DNA of 57,973 nt from Candidatus Sericytochromatia bacterium (lineage in GTDB: Bacteria > Cyanobacteriota > Sericytochromatia > S15B-MN24 > UBA4093): contig JAKFBU010000025.1 of NCBI GenBank assembly GCA_036676985.1, forward strand, positions 1 through 57,973. Direction: 5' to 3'. This document shows positions 1-8,305 of the stretch, one piece after another. The notes beneath the pieces were generated by a model. The model saw only the letters and a list, made by a program, of their open reading frames with translations. It did no database searches and was not told where the DNA came from. Within the stretch, counting starts at the first letter, position 1. Every line of letters begins with the position of its first letter. The translations under genes were made by a program, and so were the position numbers.

Positions 1-120
1 GTCGTCCATCTCCTTGACCTTCTGAGCCACCTGCTGCGATGCGTTCTGAACCGCAATCGTCGCGTTGGCCGAAGCCTGATCGAACCCAGGGCTACCCGAA
101 GCGGAAACAGGTGCTCCCAT
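1..120 (-). CDS. hypothetical protein, 5' part only (MGAPVSASGSPGFDQASANATIAVQNASQQVAQKVKEMDD...)
   Basis: ATG at 120 with a strong GAGGAGG RBS upstream; frame open to the window edge; not in the ORF track. Confidence 0.7.
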   Translation of the reverse strand, partial: MGAPVSASGSPGFDQASANATIAVQNASQQVAQKVKEMDD

Positions 121-267
121 TTTAGTATCCTCCTCTAATCGGAACCTTCCAACCCGTCGGTTGCGCTCTGCAACCTTCCTGCTGGTTTATATGCGAACCG
201 ACGAATAATCTTGCAGCGTTTGATGGACATTTAACGGACTTTTGACCGAAACGATATACGCGATTCC

Positions 268-1425
268 CTAGAGGGGGGCGTGCTGGTGCTGTTTCAGGCC
301 CTCCGGCAGGTCGGTCTCGCCCGCCAGCGCGTGGAAGACCTCCCCAATGCGTGCCCGCAAGGTCGCCGTGGCCCCGTAGTCCAGCTCCGGGGTGCCTGCC
401 GTCGCTTGCGACACGGCCGATTCGAGCTGCCGCTGGTACTCGGCGAGCACCTCCGCGACCACCTGCTTGCCGGCCGTCACGGCCTCCCCCTGCGCCATGA
501 CCTTGCCGGGGTTCAGGCCGCGGCCCAGCTTCTCCAGGTGGCGAGGGAGCGACAGGGCGCCAACGCCCTTGTAGACGCCGTCGTGCAGGTCGAAGTCCTG
601 GTTGCTGCCCGCCACCTTGAAGTGCCGATCCCAGTACTCCGTCAGGTGCTTGGGCCCCAGCTGCAGCTCGAAGGCCCCGCGCTTGATGCCGCCCGTCACG
701 TCCTCGACGATTACGTGGATCCGGCCCTTGTACGGGGCTGCGGGATCCCGGAGGACGGCGTCGGTGGCATAGTCCTTGACGACGAAGTTCAGGGCGCAGA
801 GCGGGCGCTTCTGCGGCAAGGTTGCCTGGACGTGTTCGACCATGCGGTGCAGGAGGGCGGGGTCCAGCTTGGGCAGGTTGACCCGGGCCCGCGTGAGGTC
901 GTTGAGCTCGCCCGGGGTGGCCGGCACCGGAGACCCGTCGGCCAAGAGCCGACCGCGCAAGCGGTTTTCCTCGGTGTTGCGGTCCAGCTTGCCGAGCATG
1001 CTGTACCAGGATTTCACGGGGCCGTCGGCCCGGACGCCGAACGTGCCGAGGACCTGGTTCATGTCTTGTAGCCAGGCCTTTTGCTCGCCGGCGAGCACCT
1101 TGGCGAAGCGCACGGGAGCCGTGGGCTCCAGCCGCGCGAGCTCGCGCAGCTTGGGGGCCGTCATGTAACCGATGGTCCGGTAGAAGACCTTGGTCTCCGG
1201 CTCCTGCAGGAGTCGAGCGGCCCGGGCTGCCGTCATGGGGCGCTCGAGCTCGGCCAACTTGCCCGTCTGCAGGTCTTCCTGGCTCAGGGCGGCGAGCTGG
1301 TGGGGATCCGGCGCGATCGAGGGCGTGGCGGGGGCGGCCTCGAGGATGGGAGCCGCCAGGACGGGGCTCGGCAGTATTCCGAGCAAGACGCCGAAGGCGA
1401 GGGTGCGAAGGTGGCTGGTTTTCAT
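268..1425 (-). CDS. secreted protein with divergent RelA/SpoT-like (alarmone synthetase-type) nucleotidyltransferase domain
   Basis: Sec signal peptide MKTSHLRTLAFGVLLGILPSPVLA; motifs VKSWYSMLGKLDR, LNDLTRARV, VKDY..PYKGRIHVIV and FELQLG in Syn1-4 order. Confidence 0.6.
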   Translation of the reverse strand: MKTSHLRTLAFGVLLGILPSPVLAAPILEAAPATPSIAPDPHQLAALSQEDLQTGKLAELERPMTAARAARLLQEPETKVFYRTIGYMTAPKLRELARLEPTAPVRFAKVLAGEQKAWLQDMNQVLGTFGVRADGPVKSWYSMLGKLDRNTEENRLRGRLLADGSPVPATPGELNDLTRARVNLPKLDPALLHRMVEHVQATLPQKRPLCALNFVVKDYATDAVLRDPAAPYKGRIHVIVEDVTGGIKRGAFELQLGPKHLTEYWDRHFKVAGSNQDFDLHDGVYKGVGALSLPRHLEKLGRGLNPGKVMAQGEAVTAGKQVVAEVLAEYQRQLESAVSQATAGTPELDYGATATLRARIGEVFHALAGETDLPEGLKQHQHAPL

Positions 1426-2541
1426 CTACTTGGGCTTGTGGGCTTCCGCGAGCATCTTGAGGTAGGCGTAGGCGACCATGTCCTTGTTGTTGACGATCGC
1501 GCCCACCATGCCGTCGATGGGACCGAGGCTCACGGACTGGTTCGGGATGGATTTGGCGAGGTCCGCCGCCCCGAACTTGCCGATCTTGCCCACCTCGGCG
1601 GTCGTGAGCGGGATGCCCTTCCAGCCTGGGGGGACGTTGGTGACGATGGTCTTGCCCCAGCGCACCGAACGGGCGGCCTCCTCGGCCGTGAGCACGTGCT
1701 CGACGACCGCGTCGTACTGGGTCTTGGCGGGACTCACCTTGCCGAGCACCTTGCCGAGCTTGCTCTCGGGGGCGACGCCCACGATGGCGTCCACCACGCC
1801 CGCGATCTTGGTGCTCTTGCCGTCGGCCGCCATCGAGTATACCTGGCCGTTGTTGAGGAAGCGACGCTCCAGGCCCTCCTTGGTGAGCGCCCAGTGTCCG
1901 CCCTTGCCGCCCATGGAGAGGAAGCCGCGCTCGCTTCCCTTCAAGACGGCGGAGTCCGCGATCTTCATGGCGTTGGCGGCGGTGGTGTAGTGCAGGATCT
2001 TCTCGCCGGCCTTGACCTCGGCCCCGAGCTTGGTGGCGTTGCGCACGGCCTTGAGGAGCTTGGCGCCGCCCGTCACCTTGAAGACCTTGGCGCCGACACC
2101 GCCTATCTTGCCGACGGGAATGAAGTTGATGGCCACCTCGCCAAGCGCCCACGCGGCCGCCTTGGCGCGCGTCTTGGTGTCCTTGGTGCCATCCAGGGCC
2201 GTGCTCGTGTTCTTGGCGACCGACGTGACGCCGGAGAAGTCCATGACCAGGCCGAAGGCCTTGCCCACAAAGCCCGTCATGCCGCCCTCCTTCGAGCGGT
2301 CTTCCCAGTACTGGCGGGCGTCCTGGACGGGGTTGTTGACGAAGGTGTCCCAGAGGCGCTTGGCCTCACCGGGCTCCTCGATCTTCTGCTTGGCGTCCGA
2401 GGAGATGGCGACGGCGTCCTGGCGGGGGCGCGGCTGCTGTTGAGCCTGTTGCTGGGGCGCCTGTTCGAGCGGGCCGGTCGGTCGTGCCTGGGGCTTGCCC
2501 AGGGGCGTCGTCGGCGTTCCTCGTTCGACCTTGCCACCCAT
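1426..2541 (-). CDS. polymorphic-toxin-like protein, putative HYD1-type ADP-ribosyltransferase C-terminal domain
   Basis: GGAGGTG RBS before ATG 2541; P/Q-rich disordered N-terminus; pre-toxin-like AINFIPVGKIGG; ILHYTT..I..S..LKGS and GQVYS motifs. Confidence 0.55.
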   Translation of the reverse strand: MGGKVERGTPTTPLGKPQARPTGPLEQAPQQQAQQQPRPRQDAVAISSDAKQKIEEPGEAKRLWDTFVNNPVQDARQYWEDRSKEGGMTGFVGKAFGLVMDFSGVTSVAKNTSTALDGTKDTKTRAKAAAWALGEVAINFIPVGKIGGVGAKVFKVTGGAKLLKAVRNATKLGAEVKAGEKILHYTTAANAMKIADSAVLKGSERGFLSMGGKGGHWALTKEGLERRFLNNGQVYSMAADGKSTKIAGVVDAIVGVAPESKLGKVLGKVSPAKTQYDAVVEHVLTAEEAARSVRWGKTIVTNVPPGWKGIPLTTAEVGKIGKFGAADLAKSIPNQSVSLGPIDGMVGAIVNNKDMVAYAYLKMLAEAHKPK

Positions 2542-2608
2542 CGCCTTCACCTCCACGCGTCGCGACGGCCGGTGCCGCTTTCCATGACATTCCCTGTCCG
2601 GCCGCGTT

Positions 2609-2632
2609 GCTAACGACCGAGCGGTCGTTAGC
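2609..2632. promoter_or_regulatory. perfect 11-bp inverted repeat (operator or 5'UTR hairpin) in a divergent intergenic region
   Basis: GCTAACGACCG-AG-CGGTCGTTAGC. Confidence 0.4.
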
Positions 2633-2673
2633 CGATAGCAGGCATTCGCCAGCGTGTCCCAACTCCTTTGGGC

Positions 2674-2699
2674 ACATCGGCCAAACGCTCCGAGGTTGA
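2674..2699 (-). promoter_or_regulatory. possible sigma28 (FliA)-like promoter for the toxin-like gene
   Basis: minus strand TCAA-N14-GCCGATGT compared with consensus TAAA-N15-GCCGATAA. Confidence 0.3.
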
Positions 2700-2728
2700 C
2701 GCGGCTAAACTGCCCGCAGGAGGGACTT

Positions 2729-3292
2729 ATGAGGCAACCGACACGTTGGTGGCACGGCCGTTTCTGGATGGCGGGAGGGCTCGTCTTTCTGGTGGCTTGC
2801 ACGGCGTCCCCTTCAGGGGGCGGCGGCGGAGCCTCTCCTTCGCCCAGCCCATCTCCTAACCGTCCGGCTGCCACCCCCGCGGTACCGGGGCCGGCTCCGA
2901 TGATCAGCGATCGCCCCGGCCTACCGGGCACCGGTCGTTTGATCCAGCCCGCCGTCACGCCGGCCCCCGGTGGCGGGCCGACGAGCTACCCGGAGGGGAC
3001 GGTCTTCCTGACGGGGAACATCGAGGTCACGATCGGGCCGGGGGCGACCTTCACGCCGAGCCACGTCTACCTGCGACCCGGGGCCTCGACCACGTTCGTC
3101 AACCGGGACACGGTGGCGCATACCGTGGCGGGCTTCGGCGGCGCCACGGACTCCTCGGGCGCCATCGCCCCGGGCGGGCGCTACACCAAGGGGTGGTCCC
3201 ATCCCGGCACCTGGACCTTCCACGATCCGGCCGTTTCGGGTTCGGGGGTGTTTACGGTGACGGACGTTCCGGAGTCAGGGACGGGGCACTGA
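2729..3292 (+). CDS. lipoprotein with Pro-rich linker and cupredoxin-like C-terminal domain
   Basis: lipobox LVAC; FTPSHVYLRPGASTTFVNRDTVAHTV...SGAIAPG..Y...PGTW.FH plastocyanin-like pattern. Confidence 0.7.
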   Translation: MRQPTRWWHGRFWMAGGLVFLVACTASPSGGGGGASPSPSPSPNRPAATPAVPGPAPMISDRPGLPGTGRLIQPAVTPAPGGGPTSYPEGTVFLTGNIEVTIGPGATFTPSHVYLRPGASTTFVNRDTVAHTVAGFGGATDSSGAIAPGGRYTKGWSHPGTWTFHDPAVSGSGVFTVTDVPESGTGH

Positions 3293-3375
3293 GTTACGGG
3301 GGAATGCTCAGGTCTCGTCACCCACGACAGGGCGCGGGCCACCGTCGCCAACCCTGTCGTACGGAGGGCGTTGCT

Positions 3376-3404
3376 CTGGACCCCCGCTTTCGCGAGGGTG
3401 ACGG
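3376..3404 (-). repeat. REP/dRS3-like palindromic repeat, family A
   Basis: reverse complement CCGTCACCCTCGCGAAAGCGGGGGTCCAG; five copies in the window. Confidence 0.8.
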
Positions 3405-3455
3405 AAGCGCCGACTTGGCGCAAAAGGCTTGCCTTTTATGTCTGAATAAGCGCTC

Positions 3456-3484
3456 CCGTCATTCCCGCAAAAGCGGGAATCCAG
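3456..3484 (+). repeat. REP/dRS3-like palindromic repeat, family A
   Basis: CCGTCATTCCCGCAAAAGCGGGAATCCAG. Confidence 0.8.
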
Positions 3485-3533
3485 GGCCGGCCATCCGGAC
3501 TGTTAGCGAGCGGTGCAGTCGTGCAAATCGTCC

Positions 3534-3848
3534 CTACCCCGTCCCCTCCCCGATGTCCGACAACGTCTGCGCCGTGCGCAAGAGCGTCTCGTAGATGCGC
3601 TTGCGGCGGCTCAGCTCGGCCTGCATGGGGACGTCGGGGGGCGACACCTCGACCGGACGCCGGCGGGCCTCCGGCCGGACCGGTAGGGAGCGATCGAGCT
3701 CCTGGAGGGCGCGGCGCAGCTTCAGGCGCGCGTCGTACAGGTCCTTGAAGTCCGTCGCCTCCAAGAAGGCGCGGACCTCGTCGGCCAGGGCCTCGAGTCT
3801 CTGGATGCGCTGGTTGTACCGTTGCCAGTCGAAGTCATGCGTGCTCAT
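3534..3848 (-). CDS. hypothetical helical protein
   Basis: GAGGAGGG RBS, ATG start, 104 aa. Confidence 0.7.
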   Translation of the reverse strand: MSTHDFDWQRYNQRIQRLEALADEVRAFLEATDFKDLYDARLKLRRALQELDRSLPVRPEARRRPVEVSPPDVPMQAELSRRKRIYETLLRTAQTLSDIGEGTG

Positions 3849-3998
3849 CCATCCCTCCTCTGGGCGAGGGATTGCCGCTCGTCTCGAAGGCGGGCGGAAC
3901 GTTGCCAGGATGCTCTACATGAGTTATCGGCAGACGGACCGCCCGGAACCAGGGCGCTTAATGAACTCCTAATGGGATGCTGAACGGGGGGACGTGGG

Positions 3999-4004
3999 TA
4001 TAAT
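3999..4004 (+). promoter_or_regulatory. sigma70 -10 element
   Basis: TATAAT about 35 nt upstream of the small zinc-ribbon ORF. Confidence 0.45.
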
Positions 4005-4039
4005 GCGTGGGACCCCAATCCCGTCTAGAGGAGGCGTTC

Positions 4040-4186
4040 GTGGCTGAAACGATGGTCGTGACCTTTACCTGCAAGTCCTGCGGCAACCAATTCAAGCATG
4101 AGACGCCGGACATGACGCTCAGGCTTCCGGAGATCAGCTGCCCGGTCTGCCTGTGGTCCCCCCAGGAGAGCGTCAAGAAAGCATAA
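4040..4186 (+). CDS. small zinc-ribbon protein (48 aa)
   Basis: GAGGAGG RBS, GTG start; MAETMVVTFTCKSCGNQFKHETPDMTLRLPEISCPVCLWSPQESVKKA with two CxxC. Confidence 0.75.
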   Translation: MAETMVVTFTCKSCGNQFKHETPDMTLRLPEISCPVCLWSPQESVKKA

Positions 4187-4228
4187 GAGGCCCGACCCGC
4201 AGTCGGACCTCCGGCTAATAAGGGTTTG

Positions 4229-4251
4229 GGGCGAGCCGTTCGGCTCGCCCC
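4229..4251. terminator. hairpin between convergent genes
   Basis: GGGCGAGCCG-TT-CGGCTCGCCC. Confidence 0.55.
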
Positions 4252-4257
4252 TTCGTC

Positions 4258-4785
4258 TTAGAAGGCCCCCCACGATTGCTTGCCCGGCAGATAGTTGCTG
4301 GGGCAGATGAACCGCAAGGCGCGGGCGAGCTTGAGCGACTGATCCAGGCGCTCCTGGCGCAAGGTGCCTGCCTCGTCGAGCAGCGGGTCGAACATCTCGG
4401 AGAGGCGTTCGTGCATGGCCTGGTCGCGCTCGACCTCGGTCGCATGCTCGCTCCGCAGCGCCGCCAGCTCACCCGCGTCCAGCCAGAAGCCGCCGCAGCT
4501 GGGGCACTCGTCCACGAGCACGAGCTTCTTGGGGCTGGTGTAGTGGCGCATCATGACCATCGAGGGACACTTGGGGCACGAGCGGCGCTTGTCCGCGTCG
4601 ATCCGGAGGTTCGCGTCCCGGCGCAGGTCGAGGAGTGATTCGCCCGTCGACTCGTGGGTCTCGTCCACTCGCTTGAGCTCGAAGGCGTCGAACCAGAGGC
4701 CGCCGCATCCTCCGTCGCAGCCATCCACCGTCAGGGTGCCGACCGTGATGGGTTGCAGGGCGTTGTCGCAGGCGGGGCATTGCAT
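4258..4785 (-). CDS. zf-TFIIB-type double zinc-ribbon protein
   Basis: two CPxC...VDxCxxCGGxWxDxxEL repeats. Confidence 0.85.
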   Translation of the reverse strand: MQCPACDNALQPITVGTLTVDGCDGGCGGLWFDAFELKRVDETHESTGESLLDLRRDANLRIDADKRRSCPKCPSMVMMRHYTSPKKLVLVDECPSCGGFWLDAGELAALRSEHATEVERDQAMHERLSEMFDPLLDEAGTLRQERLDQSLKLARALRFICPSNYLPGKQSWGAF

Positions 4786-4897
4786 GGGGCCGTCTCTCCT
4801 CTCAGCGTGGGGGCCATGGGCTGTTTACCCAGCGAGCGGCGGATCATTCCACGCGACGAGTCCGTCCCCCCGCGGGGACGGACTCGAGCGGCCTGGC

Positions 4898-5410
4898 CTA
4901 TTGGTGCTGGACCCGCTCCGCCTCCTCCGGCGACATGGTCACGCGCAGCCGGGCCGTCTCGGTCTGGCCGGGCTCCTCGACGCCGATCCGGTGATGGTAG
5001 ACCAGGTGCCCCCCGAGCCAGCCGGAGTACATGAGGGCGGCGTCTCCGACGACCGTCAAGGCGGTCGTGAGCCAGAAGGTCGGGCCGGCGGCGAAGTAGC
5101 GGATGGCGAGGTTGATCGCGAAGAGCGCCACGACGCTCAGGTTGATGATCATGTGCGTCGTCGCCTGTCGCCGGGCCTCCGGGCCCTTTTTGGGAACCAC
5201 CGTGAGGTAGTCGAGGAGGCCCGGGACGGCCGCGAGCAGCGCGCCCACGACGCCGAACACGATGGACCAGGTCGCAAAGACGTACCAGAAGGGACGCCCG
5301 GAGACCATGAACGTGAGATCTCCGACCAGCGCCAGCACGAACGCGCCGATGGGAATGGTGATCAGCATGGGGTGCAGCGGGTGCTTGGCCACGACGACAC
5401 TGCTCTTCAC
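4898..5410 (-). CDS. DUF2231 family membrane protein
   Basis: HPLHPMLITIPIG...GLLDY...H...N...GWLGGHLVY; GGAGG RBS before GTG. Confidence 0.85.
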   Translation of the reverse strand: MKSSVVVAKHPLHPMLITIPIGAFVLALVGDLTFMVSGRPFWYVFATWSIVFGVVGALLAAVPGLLDYLTVVPKKGPEARRQATTHMIINLSVVALFAINLAIRYFAAGPTFWLTTALTVVGDAALMYSGWLGGHLVYHHRIGVEEPGQTETARLRVTMSPEEAERVQHQ

Positions 5411-5550
5411 GGGTAACCTCCCTTCGAGCCCAGCGTACTCCTGCCGCGAGTCTAGGCGCCGGGGGCGGCCGCTACAACCGATGCTCCGACGGTGGAAAAC
5501 GGCGAAGCCCGCCCTGCATGGTGCAGGACGGGCTCCCGTCAAATCAGGCG

Positions 5551-5730
5551 CTAGGCGTAGAGGTCGACGTAACTGCCGCCGGGCCTCGGAGCTTGCGGAA
5601 TGCTGCTCAACAGCTGGGCATTGAGCGCCATGTCGATGTTCATCGCCTCGTCGAGCACGCCGATGCCGACCCGGTCCACGCCGCCGCGGGCAGTGCTCGC
5701 TGCGCTGACCATCGAAGAGGTGATGTCCAT
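5551..5730 (-). CDS. YjfB-like putative motility protein (59 aa)
   Basis: MDI...VGIGVLDEAMN...QLL...G.YVDLYA C-terminal pattern; AGGAGG RBS. Confidence 0.65.
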   Translation of the reverse strand: MDITSSMVSAASTARGGVDRVGIGVLDEAMNIDMALNAQLLSSIPQAPRPGGSYVDLYA

Positions 5731-5859
5731 GAGCCCTCCTTGCTGCCGGGTGCTCGCTCCACTATACGCCCGGTCGCCCAATGGTGCATCATGGGCGTGC
5801 TAAATGTTTGCAATGTCCAGATTACCGAGCGCCTGGACGGCGCGATCCGAGGAGGTCCC

Positions 5860-6189
5860 GTGCTCACCATCGTCCTGTCGACCGGTCCGGCCGACGCCGC
5901 CCCCGACATCGCCAAGCAAATCGTCACAGAGCGCCTTGCCGCCTGCTGCAACATCGTCCCTAAGGTCGAGAGCTACTACTGGTGGGAAGGCCAGGTGACG
6001 CACGACGCCGAGTCCCTGCTGATCTTCAAGACGCCCACCGAGCGGGTCCCCGAGCTCACGCGGCGCCTCCAGGAGGTCCACCCGTACTCGGTGCCCGAGA
6101 TCCTCGCCCTGGAGGTCGCCTCGGGCCTCGAGGCCTACCTGTCCTGGGCCTGCGCCGAGGCCCGTCCGCAGGGAGGCGCCCAGGCATGA
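5860..6189 (+). CDS. cutA: divalent-cation tolerance protein CutA
   Basis: ERLAACCNI, SYYWWEG, HPYSVPEI. Confidence 0.92.
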   Translation: MLTIVLSTGPADAAPDIAKQIVTERLAACCNIVPKVESYYWWEGQVTHDAESLLIFKTPTERVPELTRRLQEVHPYSVPEILALEVASGLEAYLSWACAEARPQGGAQA

Positions 6190-6593
6190 CCGTCCACTAC
6201 CTGCACACCAAGCTGAGGGTCGCCGATCTGGACCGGGCGATCGCCTTCTACTCCGAGGTCTTCGGCTACGCCCTGCGCAAGCGCAAGCCGGGCCCCGAGG
6301 GCAGCCTGCTCGCCTTCTTGGCCCTGCCCGGCGAGGAGACGGAGCTGCAGCTCGCCCACTATCCGGAGCTTCCGGCCTTCGAGGTGCCCCCCTACCTCAT
6401 GCACCTGGCCTTGCGCGTGAGCGACCTCGAGCCCCTGCTCGAACGGGCCGTGGCCGCGGGGGCCGTCGTGAAGAGCGGCCCCTACGAGCTGCCGTCGGGG
6501 TCCCGGGTGGCCTTTCTGCGGGATCTGGACGGCTACGAGCTGGAGCTGATCCAGAAGCCGCGTCCCGGAACGGGGATCGAACCGGCAAGTTAG
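6186..6593 (+). CDS. VOC family / lactoylglutathione lyase-like protein
   Basis: YLHTKLRVADLDRAIAFYS...HLALRV...FLRDLDGYELELIQ; ATGA overlap with cutA. Confidence 0.88.
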   Translation: MTVHYLHTKLRVADLDRAIAFYSEVFGYALRKRKPGPEGSLLAFLALPGEETELQLAHYPELPAFEVPPYLMHLALRVSDLEPLLERAVAAGAVVKSGPYELPSGSRVAFLRDLDGYELELIQKPRPGTGIEPAS

Positions 6594-6637
6594 CGCAGGT
6601 TGCTCATAAAGTCCGCGAAACGCGTCGAATTAATGGG

Positions 6638-6667
6638 TTGACATGAAAACCGCCGCTCGGTTATGGT
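6638..6667 (+). promoter_or_regulatory. sigma70 promoter
   Basis: TTGACA-N18-TATGGT. Confidence 0.65.
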
Positions 6668-6735
6668 AGATTGACTGTCCCCGGAGGGGCGGTCCGATTG
6701 TCGAGTGGACTCGGCAGGAAAGGTGGAGGTTGCAG

Positions 6736-6813
6736 ATGATTGGCCAGTTCAAGCGCGGCATCCCGTGCGTCGATTCCCCCAACGCAATCTCCCCCGGCAT
6801 GGTTCACCGCTAA
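6736..6813 (+). CDS. 25-aa small ORF / possible leader peptide MIGQFKRGIPCVDSPNAISPGMVHR
   Basis: GGAGGT RBS; lies between a promoter and a terminator. Confidence 0.45.
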   Translation: MIGQFKRGIPCVDSPNAISPGMVHR

Positions 6814-6874
6814 GTGGTGAATCGGTCGTGGGGGCCGCTGAACCCCTCGGCCACGAGCTAAACCCTCATGTGTG

Positions 6875-6905
6875 AGCCGCGGGAAACCGCGGCTTTATCG
6901 TTTTT
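6875..6905 (+). terminator. intrinsic terminator upstream of the MFS gene
   Basis: AGCCGCGG-GAAA-CCGCGGCT followed by TTATCGTTTTT. Confidence 0.7.
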
Positions 6906-6976
6906 CGCCCGATGGCGAGCATGGTCGCCTCGTTTAAGCGAGGGCCGGCTTTGCCGTGCGCATGAGGAGGGCTCTT

Positions 6977-8221
6977 ATGAATTTCCTACAACCCCTCGCG
7001 GAGTTACGCGCCCTGTTTAGACGTCATCCTGCCTTCCGGCAGGTCTTTCTCGCGGATATCGCGTGTCAGCTCGGTGACGGCGGCCTCCTGGTGGCCTTTC
7101 CGATGCTCATCCTGCAAGAGACGAAGGACGTCTCCTTGACGGGGCTCGCCTTCAGCGGTGAGATCCTGGCCTTCGCGCTCTTGAGCCCCGTGGCCGGCCA
7201 GCTTGCCGACCGCATGGACCAAAAGCGCCTGATGGTGCTCGCCAACGCGGCACGGCTCGCCGTCTTCACGCTCTTGCTCGCGGCCCTCGGCCTCGGGCTC
7301 GGCGTGGGCGCCCTGCTCGTGCTGTCGCTGACCCTGGGGGCCGCCGGCTCGTTCTTCATGCCCGCCCGGGCGGCGCTGGTGCGTCGCCTCTTGGAAGGCA
7401 AGGAGCTCGAGCAGGCGATCGCCCTCGAAGGCACCATGGCCTTCCTCGTCAGGCTGGTGACCCCGGCCCTGATGGGGGCGCTCTTGGCCTTCCAGCCCGC
7501 CACGGTGGGCATCTGGGTGGACATGGCGGCCTACGCCTTGGGCATCCTGTTCCTCTTGCCCGCCTGGGTCACGGCTCCGGGCGGTGAGGTGGCACAGGAA
7601 GCGGAGGCCGGGGAATGGCAGGACGGGTGGCGAGCGATCGCCGCCTCGCCCCGCCTGAGGAGCATGCTCCTCCTGGACGTGCTCCTGTGCCTGGTGGGCA
7701 TGGCGGCCTTCTCGAGCACGGTCGCCTACCTCACGGAGGTGCTCAAGCTGGGGGCCCAGGCCAACGGGTGGCTGCTCGCCACCACGGGGCTCGCGGGGGC
7801 CATCGGCACCCAGCTCGCCGGCCGTCTCTCGAAGGCCTGGCGGGTGTACGCGGCCCTCACGGGGGCCATCGCCCTGACGTACCTCCTGGTGCCGTACGTC
7901 TCGGTGCTCTGGCTGCTCATGATCGCCTGGTCGCTGCGCGGCCTGGCGATCGGGGCCCTGGGGGTGCTCATCAACCAGACCATCGCCGCCGCGGTCCCCG
8001 CGGAGGTGATGGGACGGGTGCAGGCCGCCTGGAGTCTGGGGGCATGCGTCGCGGCCTTCGCGGGCAGCGCCGCCACCCCGTGGCTCCTCAGGCACCTGGG
8101 GGCGGCACGGTCGTTCACCCTCTACGGCGTGCTGCTCGCCGTCCTGGCCGTGGCGCTCGTCGCTCCGAGCGCCGTGCGCCAGGCGTGGAGGGCGATCGCC
8201 GCCCGCCGTGCCTACAGCTGA
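6977..8221 (+). CDS. MFS transporter (H+ antiporter/macrolide-efflux-like)
   Basis: about 12 TM segments, motif A GQLADRMDQKRLM; GAGGAGG RBS. Confidence 0.9.
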   Translation: MNFLQPLAELRALFRRHPAFRQVFLADIACQLGDGGLLVAFPMLILQETKDVSLTGLAFSGEILAFALLSPVAGQLADRMDQKRLMVLANAARLAVFTLLLAALGLGLGVGALLVLSLTLGAAGSFFMPARAALVRRLLEGKELEQAIALEGTMAFLVRLVTPALMGALLAFQPATVGIWVDMAAYALGILFLLPAWVTAPGGEVAQEAEAGEWQDGWRAIAASPRLRSMLLLDVLLCLVGMAAFSSTVAYLTEVLKLGAQANGWLLATTGLAGAIGTQLAGRLSKAWRVYAALTGAIALTYLLVPYVSVLWLLMIAWSLRGLAIGALGVLINQTIAAAVPAEVMGRVQAAWSLGACVAAFAGSAATPWLLRHLGAARSFTLYGVLLAVLAVALVAPSAVRQAWRAIAARRAYS

Positions 8222-8305
8222 GCGTCCGCCCGGCCCTCGCGGCCGGGCGGAATCTTTCTATTCGTGCCCGTTTGTGTCATCCTGGTGAGGACAAGGAGGC
8301 TCGCC

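Noticed and set aside
122-2152. 676-aa minus-strand ORF and similar long R/G/P-rich ORFs (e.g. 7615-9738, 47837-51103, 41022-42878)
   Set aside because: Alternate-frame or antisense shadows of real genes, expected at high GC; no motifs or RBS
6826-6856. tmRNA or tRNA-like start GGGGCCG
   Set aside because: No T-arm/CCA end or tag reading frame could be found
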